Source of the DNA: an uncultured Chloroflexia bacterium
Lineage (GTDB): Bacteria > Chloroflexota > UBA6077 > JACCZL01
DNA length: 64,000 bases
Reading direction: 5' to 3'
Assembly: GCA_963765765.1 (NCBI GenBank)
Contig: CAVXYC010000010.1
Span: forward strand, 128,001-192,000
Within the stretch, counting starts at the first letter, position 1, and each line of letters begins with the position of its first letter. Below the pieces are notes generated by a model. The model ran no database searches. It worked only from the letters and a program-made list of their open reading frames with translations, and had not been told where the DNA came from. Both the position numbers and the translations under genes were made by a program. Below, in pieces: positions 29,853 to 39,861 of the stretch.

Positions 29853-31106
29853 CTACTGGGGTTCGTCCTCGGCGACCAGGCGGTCAATGCGGTCGGTCAC
29901 GCTCTTCGGTGTCTTCATATACTGCTCGATCATCTCCTGGACCCGCTCGCCCGCGAGCGGGTCCAGCTCGATCCGGAGCTGCGCCGTTTCGGCGATGAAC
30001 TCGGGGTCCGCCATGGTGGCCATGAACGCCGCCCGCATCGTCGCCACGATGTTCGCCGGAGTGCCCGGCGGCAGGAAGTAGGGGCGCGCCCAGGCCAGGG
30101 GCGGCTCGTATGCGCTCAGGAGCTCCGCGGCCGCGGGCCCCTTGGTCGCGAAGAGCTCCTTCGCGGTCGGGGCCGCCCGGAAGAGCGGGTCGGTCCGCTT
30201 CTCGCCCATCTGCACGAGCGGGATCATGGTGCCGGCCTGGAACTGCGCCGTCATGATCTGCTTCGCGGTGTCCGAATCGGTGATGGTCGCGTCGATTTCC
30301 CCCCGCTCGATGCTCAGCACCATCTCCGGATTGCCGGCGAATCCGGCGATGGCCTTCAGTTTCCACCCCATGACCTCGCGCAAGATCGCGTTCATCTGAT
30401 GGGTGATGCTGCCCAAAGTTTGATGCCCCACCGAGATCTCGCGACGCTCCAGTTCCGCGAGGTTCGCGGGCGTGATCCCGGCGCGCGCGTGGATGCTGAG
30501 AAGCTGCGTGCTGGTGGTCGTGCTGCCGATCCAGTGAAACTTCGTGACGTCATACCGGACACCTTGTTCGGGCCCTTCGCCGAGCAGTTGATAGGTCGGG
30601 AGCGACCGGTCCACCAGGCCCAGGGTGAGGCCATCGTTCCGGGCCGTGTAGAGGAAGTTCGCGGCCACCCGGTGACCGGCGCCCGGCATGTTCTCCACGA
30701 TGATATTGGGATTCCCCGGGAGATGCTTGCCCAGGTGGCGCGCAACCACACGGGCCCAGGTGTCGTAGCCGCCGCCGGGGGCGGTCCCGGCCACGAGATT
30801 GATGGTCTTCCCTTGCCAGAGCGATGCCAGGCTCGGATCCACCGAGCCCGCCGGCTTCGCGGCCACGGCGCCGGCGGCGGGAGACGCGGCGGGTGAGGCC
30901 ACTGGGGGTGCCGCTGGCGACGCCGCCGGCTTGCTCGCCGCGCCCGCGGCCGGTGAGGCATCCGATTTGGCCGGTGCCGCGGGCGACGCCGCGGGCTTCG
31001 GGGTGCCGGTCGGTTGCGGCGCAGCAGGCGCGCAGCCGGAGACCACGACACTCACGGCCACCAGCATCGCCGCACCGGTCCACATCGTAGCGAGACTCTT
31101 CATCAC
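29853..31106 (-). CDS. Tripartite tricarboxylate transporter substrate-binding lipoprotein (Bug/TctC family)
   Basis: Lipobox VSGC, Pro/Ala linker, PGGGYDTWAR, ENMPGAG, DGLTLG, ERGEID. Confidence 0.9.
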   Translation of the reverse strand: MMKSLATMWTGAAMLVAVSVVVSGCAPAAPQPTGTPKPAASPAAPAKSDASPAAGAASKPAASPAAPPVASPAASPAAGAVAAKPAGSVDPSLASLWQGKTINLVAGTAPGGGYDTWARVVARHLGKHLPGNPNIIVENMPGAGHRVAANFLYTARNDGLTLGLVDRSLPTYQLLGEGPEQGVRYDVTKFHWIGSTTTSTQLLSIHARAGITPANLAELERREISVGHQTLGSITHQMNAILREVMGWKLKAIAGFAGNPEMVLSIERGEIDATITDSDTAKQIMTAQFQAGTMIPLVQMGEKRTDPLFRAAPTAKELFATKGPAAAELLSAYEPPLAWARPYFLPPGTPANIVATMRAAFMATMADPEFIAETAQLRIELDPLAGERVQEMIEQYMKTPKSVTDRIDRLVAEDEPQ

Positions 31107-31304
31107 GGGTCGCTCCCTGGGTCGCGGAGGCCCCGCGTCCGCGCCCTCGGCTACGATAGACTCCGGTATCGGCGAAGGTCAACTGGAGCGAAGGCGCGAC
31201 CGGATCGCGCGGCCTTCACAACCTCTCGTTGACGATGCCGCCGGCCCGCGATACGGTGCAAGCACTCCGGCGGCCACCGGAATGAATCCATCCAGGAGGC
31301 ACCG

Positions 31305-31934
31305 ATGCAGGCGACAGACTTCCCGATCGTCCCCCGCACAACGGCGATGCTATTCTTCGACACGCTCAACGGGTCGCTCCACCCGAAGGATGCCGCCGCG
31401 CAGTCCGCCCTGAATGGGTATATTGCCCGCCTGGAGCAGGTGAACCGCGCCTGTCGCCAGGCCGGGATCACCATGGTCTATACCCGGCCGGAGCACCGGT
31501 CCGATCTCAGGGACTGGCCCCGAACGGTCGTCGACCTCGGCCACCACGGCCAACCGGGCAGCGGACCGCGTTTGAGCGCGGACCCCGGTTCGGTCGCCGG
31601 GAGCTGGGAAGCGCAGGTCATCGACGAGATCGCACCCCAGCCCGGCGACTACGTCATCGTCAAGCACCGCTGGAGCTCGTTCTTCCAGACACACCTGGAG
31701 CTGAGTCTCCGAACGGCCGGTATCGACACCGTCATGCTGGCCGGCGGCGCGACCGAGGTGGGCATCGCCAGCACGGCCTACGCGGCCCGGGACCACGACC
31801 TGAACCTGATGCTCCTGCGCGATGCCTGTCGATCGACCAAGGAGGGAGTGAACGAGTTCTTCATGGACCGCGTCTTCCCGATCTTCGCCCGAGTCCGGAC
31901 GGTCGACGAAGCGATCGCATTGCTCGACACATAG
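31305..31934 (+). CDS. Isochorismatase-family hydrolase
   Basis: AGGAGG RBS; TAMLFFD, KHRWSSFFQTHLELSLRTAGIDT, STAYAARDHD. Confidence 0.9.
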   Translation: MQATDFPIVPRTTAMLFFDTLNGSLHPKDAAAQSALNGYIARLEQVNRACRQAGITMVYTRPEHRSDLRDWPRTVVDLGHHGQPGSGPRLSADPGSVAGSWEAQVIDEIAPQPGDYVIVKHRWSSFFQTHLELSLRTAGIDTVMLAGGATEVGIASTAYAARDHDLNLMLLRDACRSTKEGVNEFFMDRVFPIFARVRTVDEAIALLDT

Positions 31935-31944
31935 ATCGCACGGG

Positions 31945-32250
31945 TTGTGAAGATGAGCGGGGGAATTGGACCGAGGAGAAGTACTGCATCGAGCCGGGCA
32001 CGTACTGCCGACTCATCTTTCTGGGGAGCACCTGTCCCGAGGGCTATCGCCACTGCAGCGTCTACGACCATTGGACGCCGACGCGCCACGGCAAGCATTA
32101 CGACCCGCGCCTCGACGTCGTGGGCATCAACACGGGGCACACGAGCTATTGCCGCAACGGGCATGTCTTCAAGACGGAGACGACCCGCATCCTCCGGACC
32201 GGCGCGGGTCGTCGGTGCCTGGTCTGCAGCCGCCAGGCGCGGGGATCGGC
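31945..32250 (+). pseudogene. 5'-truncated Cys/His-rich ORF with a phage-HNH-type C-terminal zinc finger
   Basis: TSYCRNGHVFKTETTRILRTGAGRRCLVC; the frame is open upstream without a start codon. Confidence 0.5.
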
Positions 32251-32450
32251 ATTTGGGATGATCGAGCGGGGAGGGACACCTCCCGGCGCCCGCCATGATG
32301 ATCGGTCCGTTTCCCGGACTGCTCGAACCAGACGAGCGACTACGGGGCAGCGCGCCCGGGTGGTCGGAGCAACCGATTCGCGCCCCGGAGGTGAAGATCG
32401 GTCTTCAGATGCCCCCGACTTGCCTCTGGCCATCAGGCGTCGGCCCGCGC

Positions 32451-32963
32451 TCAGCGGAACAGTTGCTGGATGACCAGCGTCCCGGCCGCGGTGAGCGTCC
32501 GGCCCCGCCGGTGAGCGTGACCGCGGCCGGGTGCCGGCCCCGCTCGTCCGCCTCCCCATCGGTGGGCAGGACGGTCACTTTGAACAGTTCCCCGGACCGG
32601 GTCGCCCGGAAGTCGATGACCGCCTCGGTGAGGCCGGCGATGCCGTCGTCGTCGAGATCGGCGCAGCTCATGTCGGGGTGGTCCTCGGCCACCATGATCG
32701 TGTTCGAGGCGCCATCCTGGACACGCGCCGCGCCCTCGACCCGCGCCTGGCCGTCCGGGTCGAGGGTGACATGCGCCTGCATCGCGAGAGGCGTGCCGCC
32801 GGGGCTGGTAACGCTGGCGGTAAAAGTGAGCGTTTTACTCGAGGGGCCCGGAACCGGGCCCATCCGGTGGGTGTCAGGTCCCGTCGTGCTCGGCCCCGGC
32901 GGTGGCCGGCAGGAGCGCGAGCAGCCCGACCAGGAACGCGATGGGCAGGTGCAACTTCGTCAT
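32451..32963 (-). pseudogene. Secreted protein with a DGASNTIMVAE motif, copy 2 (interrupted at TGA 32876-32874)
   Basis: TTGCCC-18-TAGACT promoter, GGAGG RBS, MTKLHLPIAFLVGLLALLPATAGAEHDGT*, body continues in the +1 frame. Confidence 0.7.
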
Positions 32964-33168
32964 CGCCGCCTCCCGACCGGCTCCGCGCCCGGTCCGCCCG
33001 TCAGTCTAGCGCCGAGTGGGGTGCCCGGGCAAGCCCGGTCCGAGTCAGGGGCACGCTCGTGCCGCTGTGGGCGCGTGATTCCAAAGGGTCGGTCAGCTTG
33101 TTCCAATAACTCCATAATCCGCCCCAGTCCGATGGCCTGAGCTCAGTGAGCCGATCAGAGTTTGGACC

Positions 33169-33480
33169 CTACTGGAATATTTCGGTGGCCTGCGACAGTA
33201 CAAGCTGCGGGATGGCAAGGCCGAGTTCTGTCGCCGTCCGTCGATTGACGACGGAATCGAACGCTGAGGGTTGCTCCACGGAAGGTCCGATGGCGCCGCA
33301 CCTTGCAAGATTCGGTCGACGTAGGTAGCCGCGCGGCGGTGTTGATCCACGGGGCTCGGCCCGTAGGACAAGCTCGCCGAGCTCTGGGCACAGAAAGGAC
33401 GGACTGTTTCCGTATGGGCCGATGCTGGCGGCGCTCGTGATGCAGCCCGTCGCGCGCGAAGCCAGCGCCGCCATAATATC
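33169..33480 (-). pseudogene. ABC substrate-binding protein (DUF534-type) C-terminal fragment
   Basis: SYGPS..HRRAATYVDRILQGAAPSDLP / EQPSAFDSVVNRRTATELGLAIP. Confidence 0.8.
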
Positions 33481-33514
33481 GACGGGATTGCAGCGGGTGT
33501 GGTGATCCGTTTCT

Positions 33515-35084
33515 CTAACGAACTAGCCCAACCCCGGCGAACGACAACAGGTCTACTATCGTGAAGTCCGGAGCGGGTTGACGGCGCGCGCTCCCGACGG
33601 CCGTTGGGAGCGTTGGTTGCCAGTCGGGCTCCTGGACAAGGTAGGACAGCTTGTCTCCCTGTAGCAGCCCGATGAATACCTCAGCCACAATCCGCGCTCC
33701 GACAGGCCCCAACCGTTCACCCTTGGTTTTCAGCTCAGCCTCCCGAAGAAGATAGAACCACAGGGGTGTATCGCTTTCCAGGCCGACCCCGAATGGCTTG
33801 AGGTCATCGAATGCATCGGGTTCGAGAATGAGGTCGGATTTACTCCTTCGGGGCCGGCCCCTCGGCCATCTCCTTGGCCATCGCCTTGGCGACTCGCTGA
33901 CCGGACGGCAGGCCAAACGTCAGGTGCCGAAGCAAGTTTCTCTGGGCGAGCGACTGCGGGTTGTTTCGGGGGTCTGGATTGTGGACGATGGTCGACGGCA
34001 GGGTGAAGAGCGGCGTCGAGAGGATCGTGTCGAGCCGCTTGTTCCGACGAGCTCTCCCGTCGCCGAAGTCGAAGAACGTCGGCCAGTCAATGAACCGCCA
34101 CGTCTCCCGCTTCGACCCGGCCAGATCGTCATTCTCCGGCTTATCCTGCGTGGCGCCCTCTTTGAAGACCAGCAGGAACAACTCCCCTCCGTCGCTGGCC
34201 CCAGTAAAGTTGGATCGATACGATGGCCGAACTTGGCTGTGCCCGAACCGGTACGCCGCGACCGAGAACTCGACCGGGACGAACGGCTCGTTCCGCCAGG
34301 TGTAGAACTTCCGACCGTCGGGGCGTAGCACCTCATCCACCACATCCTCCCCGCACGTGATACGAAGGAAGTGGTGGACCAGTATCCACTGGTAGTGCCA
34401 ACGGACCAGCCGTTGGGCTTCGGCGAACACTTCTTCGGGGTCGGCCGGACCGAGCTCCTGCTGCACGTGGTCGAAGACCTTATTGTGGAAGAGCAGGAAT
34501 GCCAGCTGGAGCTGCGAGATGATCAGGTTCTCGTCGTTACGCGGGTCACCGATCAGGGCGGTGTTCTGGGCGTTCCGAGCCAGATCGTGCTTGCCGGGTG
34601 TGCCAGTCTCTTCGATGAGGAATTTGACTCCCTGACCGGCGGGTGACTGATCGTATAAGTGCGGGCTTCCGAGCGGCCCAGCCCCATAGACGTTGTCCAG
34701 GGCCAAGGTGGGGGTGCGAAAGTTGGCGATCTGCTCGGGATCGACCTGCCGCTCAAGGCTGGACGTCGGGTCAAACGTGATGTCATGATCGATGAACTGG
34801 CCGAGGAACGTCATCCCGGCGGTCATCTCCGGGTTGCTGCTGTCGGGGTTGCGCCGTCTGAGGGCTTCGTTTGTGATCAAGGCTTTCGGGTCGCGGAGGT
34901 CGTCCTTCGCGTCCATCATCCCGCCCGGCTTGCCGATCTCCAGCAGAGCGGCGCGAACCGCTGGGGTATCGGACGCGAACGGGGGCAAGTTTCCAAATAG
35001 CCGGCCGAATTGTCCGGAAGCGAAGTACTTCGTGCGCGGCGGGCACCAATCCTGGCTGTGGTAGTAACCATGATGACTGCGCAT
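33515..35084 (-). CDS. Bacterial heme peroxidase (peroxidase-cyclooxygenase superfamily), frameshift near 33845
   Basis: AGMTFLGQFIDHDIT, GDPRNDEN, EFSVAAYRFGHS, LAQRNLLR, TPLWFYLLREA, LGPVGARIVAEV. Confidence 0.88.
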
Positions 35085-35256
35085 CAGACAGATCCTCTCG
35101 AGCGAGGGTATCGTGGAGTCGACCACCATCGGCTGTGTCTGGTTGGTGGCGAACCACAACGAATATGGGACTGCGCATCTCCTTCATCAATAGTCCATAC
35201 GGACTAATGCTTGAACCGGGACGCGAGTAGCGGCGAGGTCGGTACGCTGCCTGCAC

Positions 35257-35321
35257 GCTTCGTGGGGATGCCGCTGGACCGGGCGCTGGATCAGCTCACC
35301 CGCGGGCAAGCGGAACGCTGA
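35257..35321 (+). repeat. Copy of the 3' end of the gene at 10937-11938
   Basis: FVGMPLDRALDQLTRGQAER* versus FVGMPLDRALDELTRGQAGR*. Confidence 0.8.
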
Positions 35322-35407
35322 GACGGATACACCCTCGCTCCCTCCTTGGTACGAACGAGGGACACTGCCCAATCCGAGCACCAGCTTGGGCTAGTGCCTC
35401 ATGACCG

Positions 35408-35710
35408 TTGGGCAATGAGCACGGTTTGGTCTTCAGTACGGGCGTTGGCACGCCATTGGACGGAAGGAACGTGACGCGCCGCTTTGAACAACTACTCGCC
35501 GGCTCAGATCTCCCGCGAATCCGATTCCACGATCTGCGTCACACCTGCGCGTCCTTGCTACTTGCACAGGGAGAGCAAGCGCGGACGATCATGGAGATCC
35601 TAGGTCACAGTCAGATCAGTCTGACCATGAACACCTACGCGCACGTGATGCCCACGCTGAAGAAAGAGGCCGCTAGGCGGCTGGATATGCTGCTTACAGG
35701 TGCCGTTTAG
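35408..35710 (+). pseudogene. Tyrosine integrase C-terminal fragment
   Basis: RFHDLRHTCASLLL, ILGHSQISLTMNTYAH; N-terminus missing; points toward the tRNA 3' end. Confidence 0.92.
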
Positions 35711-35713
35711 GGG

Positions 35714-35736
35714 TTGGTCGTCAAATTGGTCATCAA
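35714..35736 (+). repeat. Tandem arm-type integrase binding sites (att region)
   Basis: TTGGTCGTCAA-A-TTGGTCATCAA between the integrase stop and the tRNA. Confidence 0.6.
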
Positions 35737-35792
35737 CGCTCGAATGAGACCGCAGCCTTACAGGGCGTTTGACATAAGCTCAGTTCAAAAGT

Positions 35793-35868
35793 GGGTGACC
35801 CGCCCGGGACTCGAACCCGGAACCCTTCGATTAAAAGTCGAATGCTCTGCCAATTGAGCTAGCGGGTC
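35793..35868 (-). tRNA. tRNA-Lys(UUU), copy 1 (3' end CCC rather than CCA)
   Basis: GACCCGCTAGCTCAATTGGCAGAGCATTCGACTTTTAATCGAAGGGTTCCGGGTTCGAGTCCCGGGCGGGTCA; full cloverleaf. Confidence 0.95.
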
Positions 35869-35968
35869 AAATTGGGACCGAAAACGGGCCGCTTGCCGAT
35901 AATCCGGCAGGCGGCCCGTTCGTTATGAACGAATGCGCGATGAACGAATACGCGATTGGTGGGGCGGT

Positions 35969-36097
35969 TTAGTGGCCGCCGCCGGAGCCGCACGAGCAAC
36001 CGCCACCACATCCGCCGCCCTGTTGCTGCGGGGCATTGGCCTTGGTCACGGTGAAGCCGCGACCCTTGAGCGAATCGACGAAGTCGATCTCAGCGCC
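35969..36097 (-). pseudogene. Duplicated 3' end of iscA/erpA
   Basis: GAEIDFVDSLKGRGFTVTKANAPQQQGGGCGGGCSCGSGGGH*. Confidence 0.9.
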
Positions 36098-36429
36098 GCT
36101 CGGGGCTCCGCAGGATCTGCACAACGTCAATCTGGAAAAATCGACAAGGTTGCCCGCGCGACGCTGGCCGTGCCTGTGGTGCACCCTCGTTGAGATGTGG
36201 AGTCCACGGCGGACCAGGCTATGGTCCGGCCCGACATCGCGAACCGTAATGGGGCGAAGCTGGCGTACGGCTAAGGGGCAACGCCCGAGCATGTGCGGAA
36301 GGTCTGCCTGCAAGACGACCTTGGGGACGATGAAGTACAGACGTTTAGAACATTGCGGAGAAGGCGCGAGACTAATTGGCCTCAACGGCTTGGAAGCATT
36401 TACGCAGCAACCGAACGATCGGGCGATGA

Positions 36430-37125
36430 ATTAGTTTGGAGATCACCGGATTGACTGCATAGTTGAGTGCAACCACCGAGGCCAAGATAGAACGAGAAGC
36501 GACACTAGGTCCGCGGCCGAAACCGACGCAAGACCTATCCAAGGTAGTGAGCCCTCGAATTGCATCGAACCAAGCGAGAACTGGACTGCAATTGAATAAC
36601 CTGCTTCCCACGCCCAGGGTGCGCCCGGACGCTAGCGACCCAATCTCCAGCGTCTGAGAGCGATGTTCCCCGGATGCCCCAACCAAGTGTAATCCCGAGA
36701 CTGAGAACGCGCACAGATAGATATCCCGATCGGAAGGGCGGTTAGGTATGGAATTCCAGCCAGCAGTATTTCGCTAAAGGAACGTTCGCTAACCTCAAAC
36801 CGCCACGCTAAGTCGTCGATCGCACCAGCTAGGGTCCGTATCAATACACGGATGCCGATGAGTGGCGGCGAGTAGCCGTGCGACCACTCGTCGGCGATCT
36901 GATCGTCGAGGTTCGAAGTCGAGCCTTGCTAGCCGTTGCTCTCGGATGGTGTCTGACAGCCCAACACATGTCAGGCGGCTCCAACCTCGGACGAGTCGGC
37001 GAGAGATCGGGAGCAAATAGGCTTGCAACACTATACCGAGCAGGAACGCCGCGATTACTCCGATCAGATGCATGGCGCTGGACGAAATCCGCTCGAACAA
37101 CAACCCGCCTTCCAGACTCACAGCG
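36430..37125 (-). pseudogene. Decayed membrane protein, probable PadR partner
   Basis: Hydrophobic segments plus LVRGWSRLTCVGLSDTIREQR, broken over several frames; boundaries approximate. Confidence 0.4.
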
Positions 37126-37129
37126 ATGC

Positions 37130-37484
37130 TCCGCTGAAAACCCGCACACCGACAGCAGGACTAGCCTCTTTCTGGCTCGAATCAAGGCCCGAGCCCCCGG
37201 GACTGTCACCCGGTAGAGGCACCACCGCGGGGGCCGGCTCTCAAAACGAGCTAATTCGCCATCCTCCCATCGAGACTGCAGGAACCCACTCCGCTCCAAT
37301 CGATCTAGGGCCCGGTAAAGACTGCCTCGAAGGAAGCGGATGGAAGAGAGAGTCCGTCTCGTAGCTGAATGAGCTTCGCCATTTGGTAACCATGGAACTC
37401 GGCTGAACCGTCGGGCGACATCGCCAGAGCTTCATCTAGGATCGCAATATCGATTGGTCGCAGATCACCGTCTTTAACTCTCAT
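37130..37484 (-). pseudogene. PadR-family regulator, frameshifted
   Basis: Manual translation MRVKDGDLRPIDIAIL...EFHGYQMAKLI / GSLYRALDRLERSGFLQSRWED...YRVT. Confidence 0.75.
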
Positions 37485-37813
37485 GGCAGCTTGATTATAC
37501 GCGACTAGGTGCGATTAACCCAATCATCGTCCACTTTGTAACGAGTCCCGCACCAAATTCCTTAACTTGGCCGAGCTGATGATAGATGTTGCAGGGCACG
37601 TCTGGCATCGGTGGGCGGCGCATGTGTGAGCGGGATGCTGGGCCGGATCGTAAGTAGCGCCAATGGCTTCGCGGATGCCTTCAGCGTGGCCACCCGAACT
37701 CAGCTGTGGGCAGTAACCGGAGCAGCAGGCTGCGACAACAAACAACGGAGTCGCGATGACCATGGACAACCGCGGCCGCTGAACAGACTGTGACCCAGCT
37801 CAAAAGTTACATC

Positions 37814-37889
37814 TGGTGACCCGCCCGGGACTCGAACCCGGAACCCTTCGATTAAAAGTCGAATGCTCTGCCAATTGAGCTAGCGGGTC
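37814..37889 (-). tRNA. tRNA-Lys(UUU), copy 2 with encoded CCA
   Basis: Body identical to copy 1; 76 nt ending ACCA. Confidence 0.97.
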
Positions 37890-37903
37890 AAATTGAGACC
37901 GAA

Positions 37904-37941
37904 AACGGGCCGCTTGCCGATAATCCGGCAGGCGGCCCGTT
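37904..37941 (-). terminator. Hairpin between iscA and tRNA-Lys (also present in the duplicate)
   Basis: AACGGGCCGCTTGCCG-ATAATC-CGGCAGGCGGCCCGTT. Confidence 0.55.
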
Positions 37942-37988
37942 CGTTATGACGAATGGGCGATGAACGAATACGCGATTGGTGGGGCGGT

Positions 37989-38336
37989 TTAGTGGCCGCC
38001 GCCGGAGCCACAGGAGCAACCGCCACCACATCCGCCGCCCTGTTGCTGCGGGGCATTGGGGTTGGTCACGGTGAAGCCGCGGCCCATGAGCGAGTCGACA
38101 AAGTCGATCTCAGCGCCATCGAGGTACGGCGCGCTGGCCGGATCGACAAGCACTTTGATCCCACCGAGATCGATGATCGAGTCATCGGGTTTGGGCTCGT
38201 TGTCCAGCGCCATGCCGTAGGCCGGGCCAGAGCAGCTCATGCCGCGCACGAACACACGTAGCGCGTGTCCCTCTTTCTCCTTATCGGAGAGTACTTCCCG
38301 TACCTGCTCGGTTGCTTCCTGTGTGATCGTGATCAT
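37989..38336 (-). CDS. iscA: A-type Fe-S carrier (HesB/IscA/ErpA family)
   Basis: ITITQEA, LRVFVRGMSCSGPAYGMALD, VLVDPASAPYLDGAEIDF, C-terminal Cys cluster. Confidence 0.92.
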   Translation of the reverse strand: MITITQEATEQVREVLSDKEKEGHALRVFVRGMSCSGPAYGMALDNEPKPDDSIIDLGGIKVLVDPASAPYLDGAEIDFVDSLMGRGFTVTNPNAPQQQGGGCGGGCSCGSGGGH

Positions 38337-38417
38337 CCGTGCTGACTCCTTTGCGCGGCTCCGAGATCGGCTCCGTCATTATTGTAACGCAGCGGCGGCG
38401 CTAGATGGCCCGCGCCG

Positions 38418-38496
38418 CAATGAAGAACGCAGAATGAAGGATTGGCTCGCAAGCAGCCTGGTCCATTCTTCATTGTTAATTCTGCATTTTTCATTG
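38418..38496. repeat. Heptamer-based imperfect inverted intergenic repeat
   Basis: AATGAAGAACGCAGAATGAAG ... ATTCTTCATTGTTAATTCTGCATTTTTCATT. Confidence 0.6.
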
Positions 38497-38538
38497 GCCC
38501 CGAGGGCCCTCGTTGCAGGTCCGGCGGCCGCTTGATAG

Positions 38539-38564
38539 AATTCCCTATGAATTCAGTCGGAATT
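38539..38564. promoter_or_regulatory. Probable Rrf2 operator
   Basis: Dyad AATTCC-CTA-TGAATTCA-GTC-GGAATT just downstream of TTGATA and upstream of the rrf2 RBS. Confidence 0.65.
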
Positions 38565-38578
38565 TTACGAGGGAGGCC

Positions 38579-39079
38579 ATGAAGGTTTCAACGCGGGCGC
38601 ATTACGGCTTGCGCGCGATGACCGAGCTGGCCGCGGCATACGAACAGGGGCTATTGCCTTTGAGCGAGATCGCGCGGTCAGAGCAATTGCCGTTGGCATA
38701 CCTCGAGCAGCTTATCGCGGAGCTCCGCCGGGCGGGCCTGGTGGAGGGTATTCGGGGTGTTCACGGCGGCTATCGCCTGGCGCGGCATCCCGACAACATT
38801 ACCGTTGGCGATATCTATCGTGTGCTGGAAGGGCCAATTGCTCCGGTGGATTGTACTACCGTCGATTACCTGCCCGGCACCTGCGTGGTTGAGGAAAGCT
38901 GCGTGTCTCGCTCGGTCTGGTCGCGCGTACGCGACAGTATCGAGTCTGTGCTGGATTCCACCTCGCTCCAGGATCTTCAGATCGAGCATAACGCGGCCGC
39001 CGGAGCGAGGCTGATCCCATTAGAAACGCTTCGCGGTGCGGGCGATGAGCACTGCGTCACGGAGAGAGCACATCGATGA
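38579..39079 (+). CDS. Rrf2-family Fe-S regulator (IscR/CymR-like)
   Basis: MKVSTRAHYGLRAM, YLEQLI, RGVHGGYRLA, three Cys. Confidence 0.93.
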   Translation: MKVSTRAHYGLRAMTELAAAYEQGLLPLSEIARSEQLPLAYLEQLIAELRRAGLVEGIRGVHGGYRLARHPDNITVGDIYRVLEGPIAPVDCTTVDYLPGTCVVEESCVSRSVWSRVRDSIESVLDSTSLQDLQIEHNAAAGARLIPLETLRGAGDEHCVTERAHR

Positions 39080-39861
39080 CTACTGGCACACCCACGTTAG
39101 TAATTGAAGGATTGCGCGTCGCGGTTGAGGGTAAGGAGATCCTGCGCGGACTCGATCTGACCGTGAACCGTGGCGAGACGCACGCGCTGATGGGGCCGAA
39201 CGGCTCCGGCAAGAGCACGCTGGCAAATACGCTCATGGGGCACCCGCGCTACGAGGTGCTGAGCGGCAGCGTTCGTTTGAATGGCGAGGAGATCCTGGGC
39301 CTGGGCCCGGACAAGCGCGCCCAGATGGGTCTGTTCCTGGCGTTCCAGTACCCGGTAGCCATCCCTGGCGTGCGTCTGGGAGACTTTTTGCGCGCCGCCA
39401 CGCGGGCTACCCAGACCGAGCAAGTGAGTGCCCTCGAGTTCCGCAAGCGCCTGCGCCAGAAAATGGGCATGCTCAAGATCGACCAGGCTTTCGCGGCACG
39501 CGACGTGAATGAGGGCTTCTCCGGTGGCGAGAAAAAGCGCGCCGAGGTGCTCCAGATGGCCATGCTCGAGCCCGCCATCGCGGTGCTGGATGAGATCGAC
39601 TCCGGTCTTGACATCGATGCTCTGCGCACGGTTGCCGAGGGAGTAGAAGCGCTATCCGGGCCGGAGATGGGCCTGCTGGTGATCACACACTACCAGCGAT
39701 TGCTGAACTACATTCACCCTGACCATATTCATGTGCTGATCCAAGGTCGCATCGTCGAATCGGGCGGTGTGGAGATCGTGGAGAAGCTTGAAGCCGAGGG
39801 CTACGAGTCCTATATGAAGGACTTGCCGGCCGAAGAGCTCGTTGAGCAAGGAGCCCATTGA
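39076..39861 (+). CDS. sufC: Fe-S assembly ATPase SufC
   Basis: [44 protein letters not shown]. Confidence 0.97.
   Translation: MTTGTPTLVIEGLRVAVEGKEILRGLDLTVNRGETHALMGPNGSGKSTLANTLMGHPRYEVLSGSVRLNGEEILGLGPDKRAQMGLFLAFQYPVAIPGVRLGDFLRAATRATQTEQVSALEFRKRLRQKMGMLKIDQAFAARDVNEGFSGGEKKRAEVLQMAMLEPAIAVLDEIDSGLDIDALRTVAEGVEALSGPEMGLLVITHYQRLLNYIHPDHIHVLIQGRIVESGGVEIVEKLEAEGYESYMKDLPAEELVEQGAH

Larger units (their letters stand above)
1300..37813. mobile_element. Decayed composite genomic island at tRNA-Lys
   Basis: Integrase fragment and arm-type repeats abut the tRNA 3' end, a second recombinase remnant lies at 3.9 kb, and the region is dense in pseudogenes and duplicated fragments. The left boundary is not resolved. 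Confidence 0.7.

Noticed and set aside
35969-36385. 138-aa second iscA gene
   Set aside because: Only the last 42 codons are iscA-derived; the N-terminal part is unrelated insert sequence.
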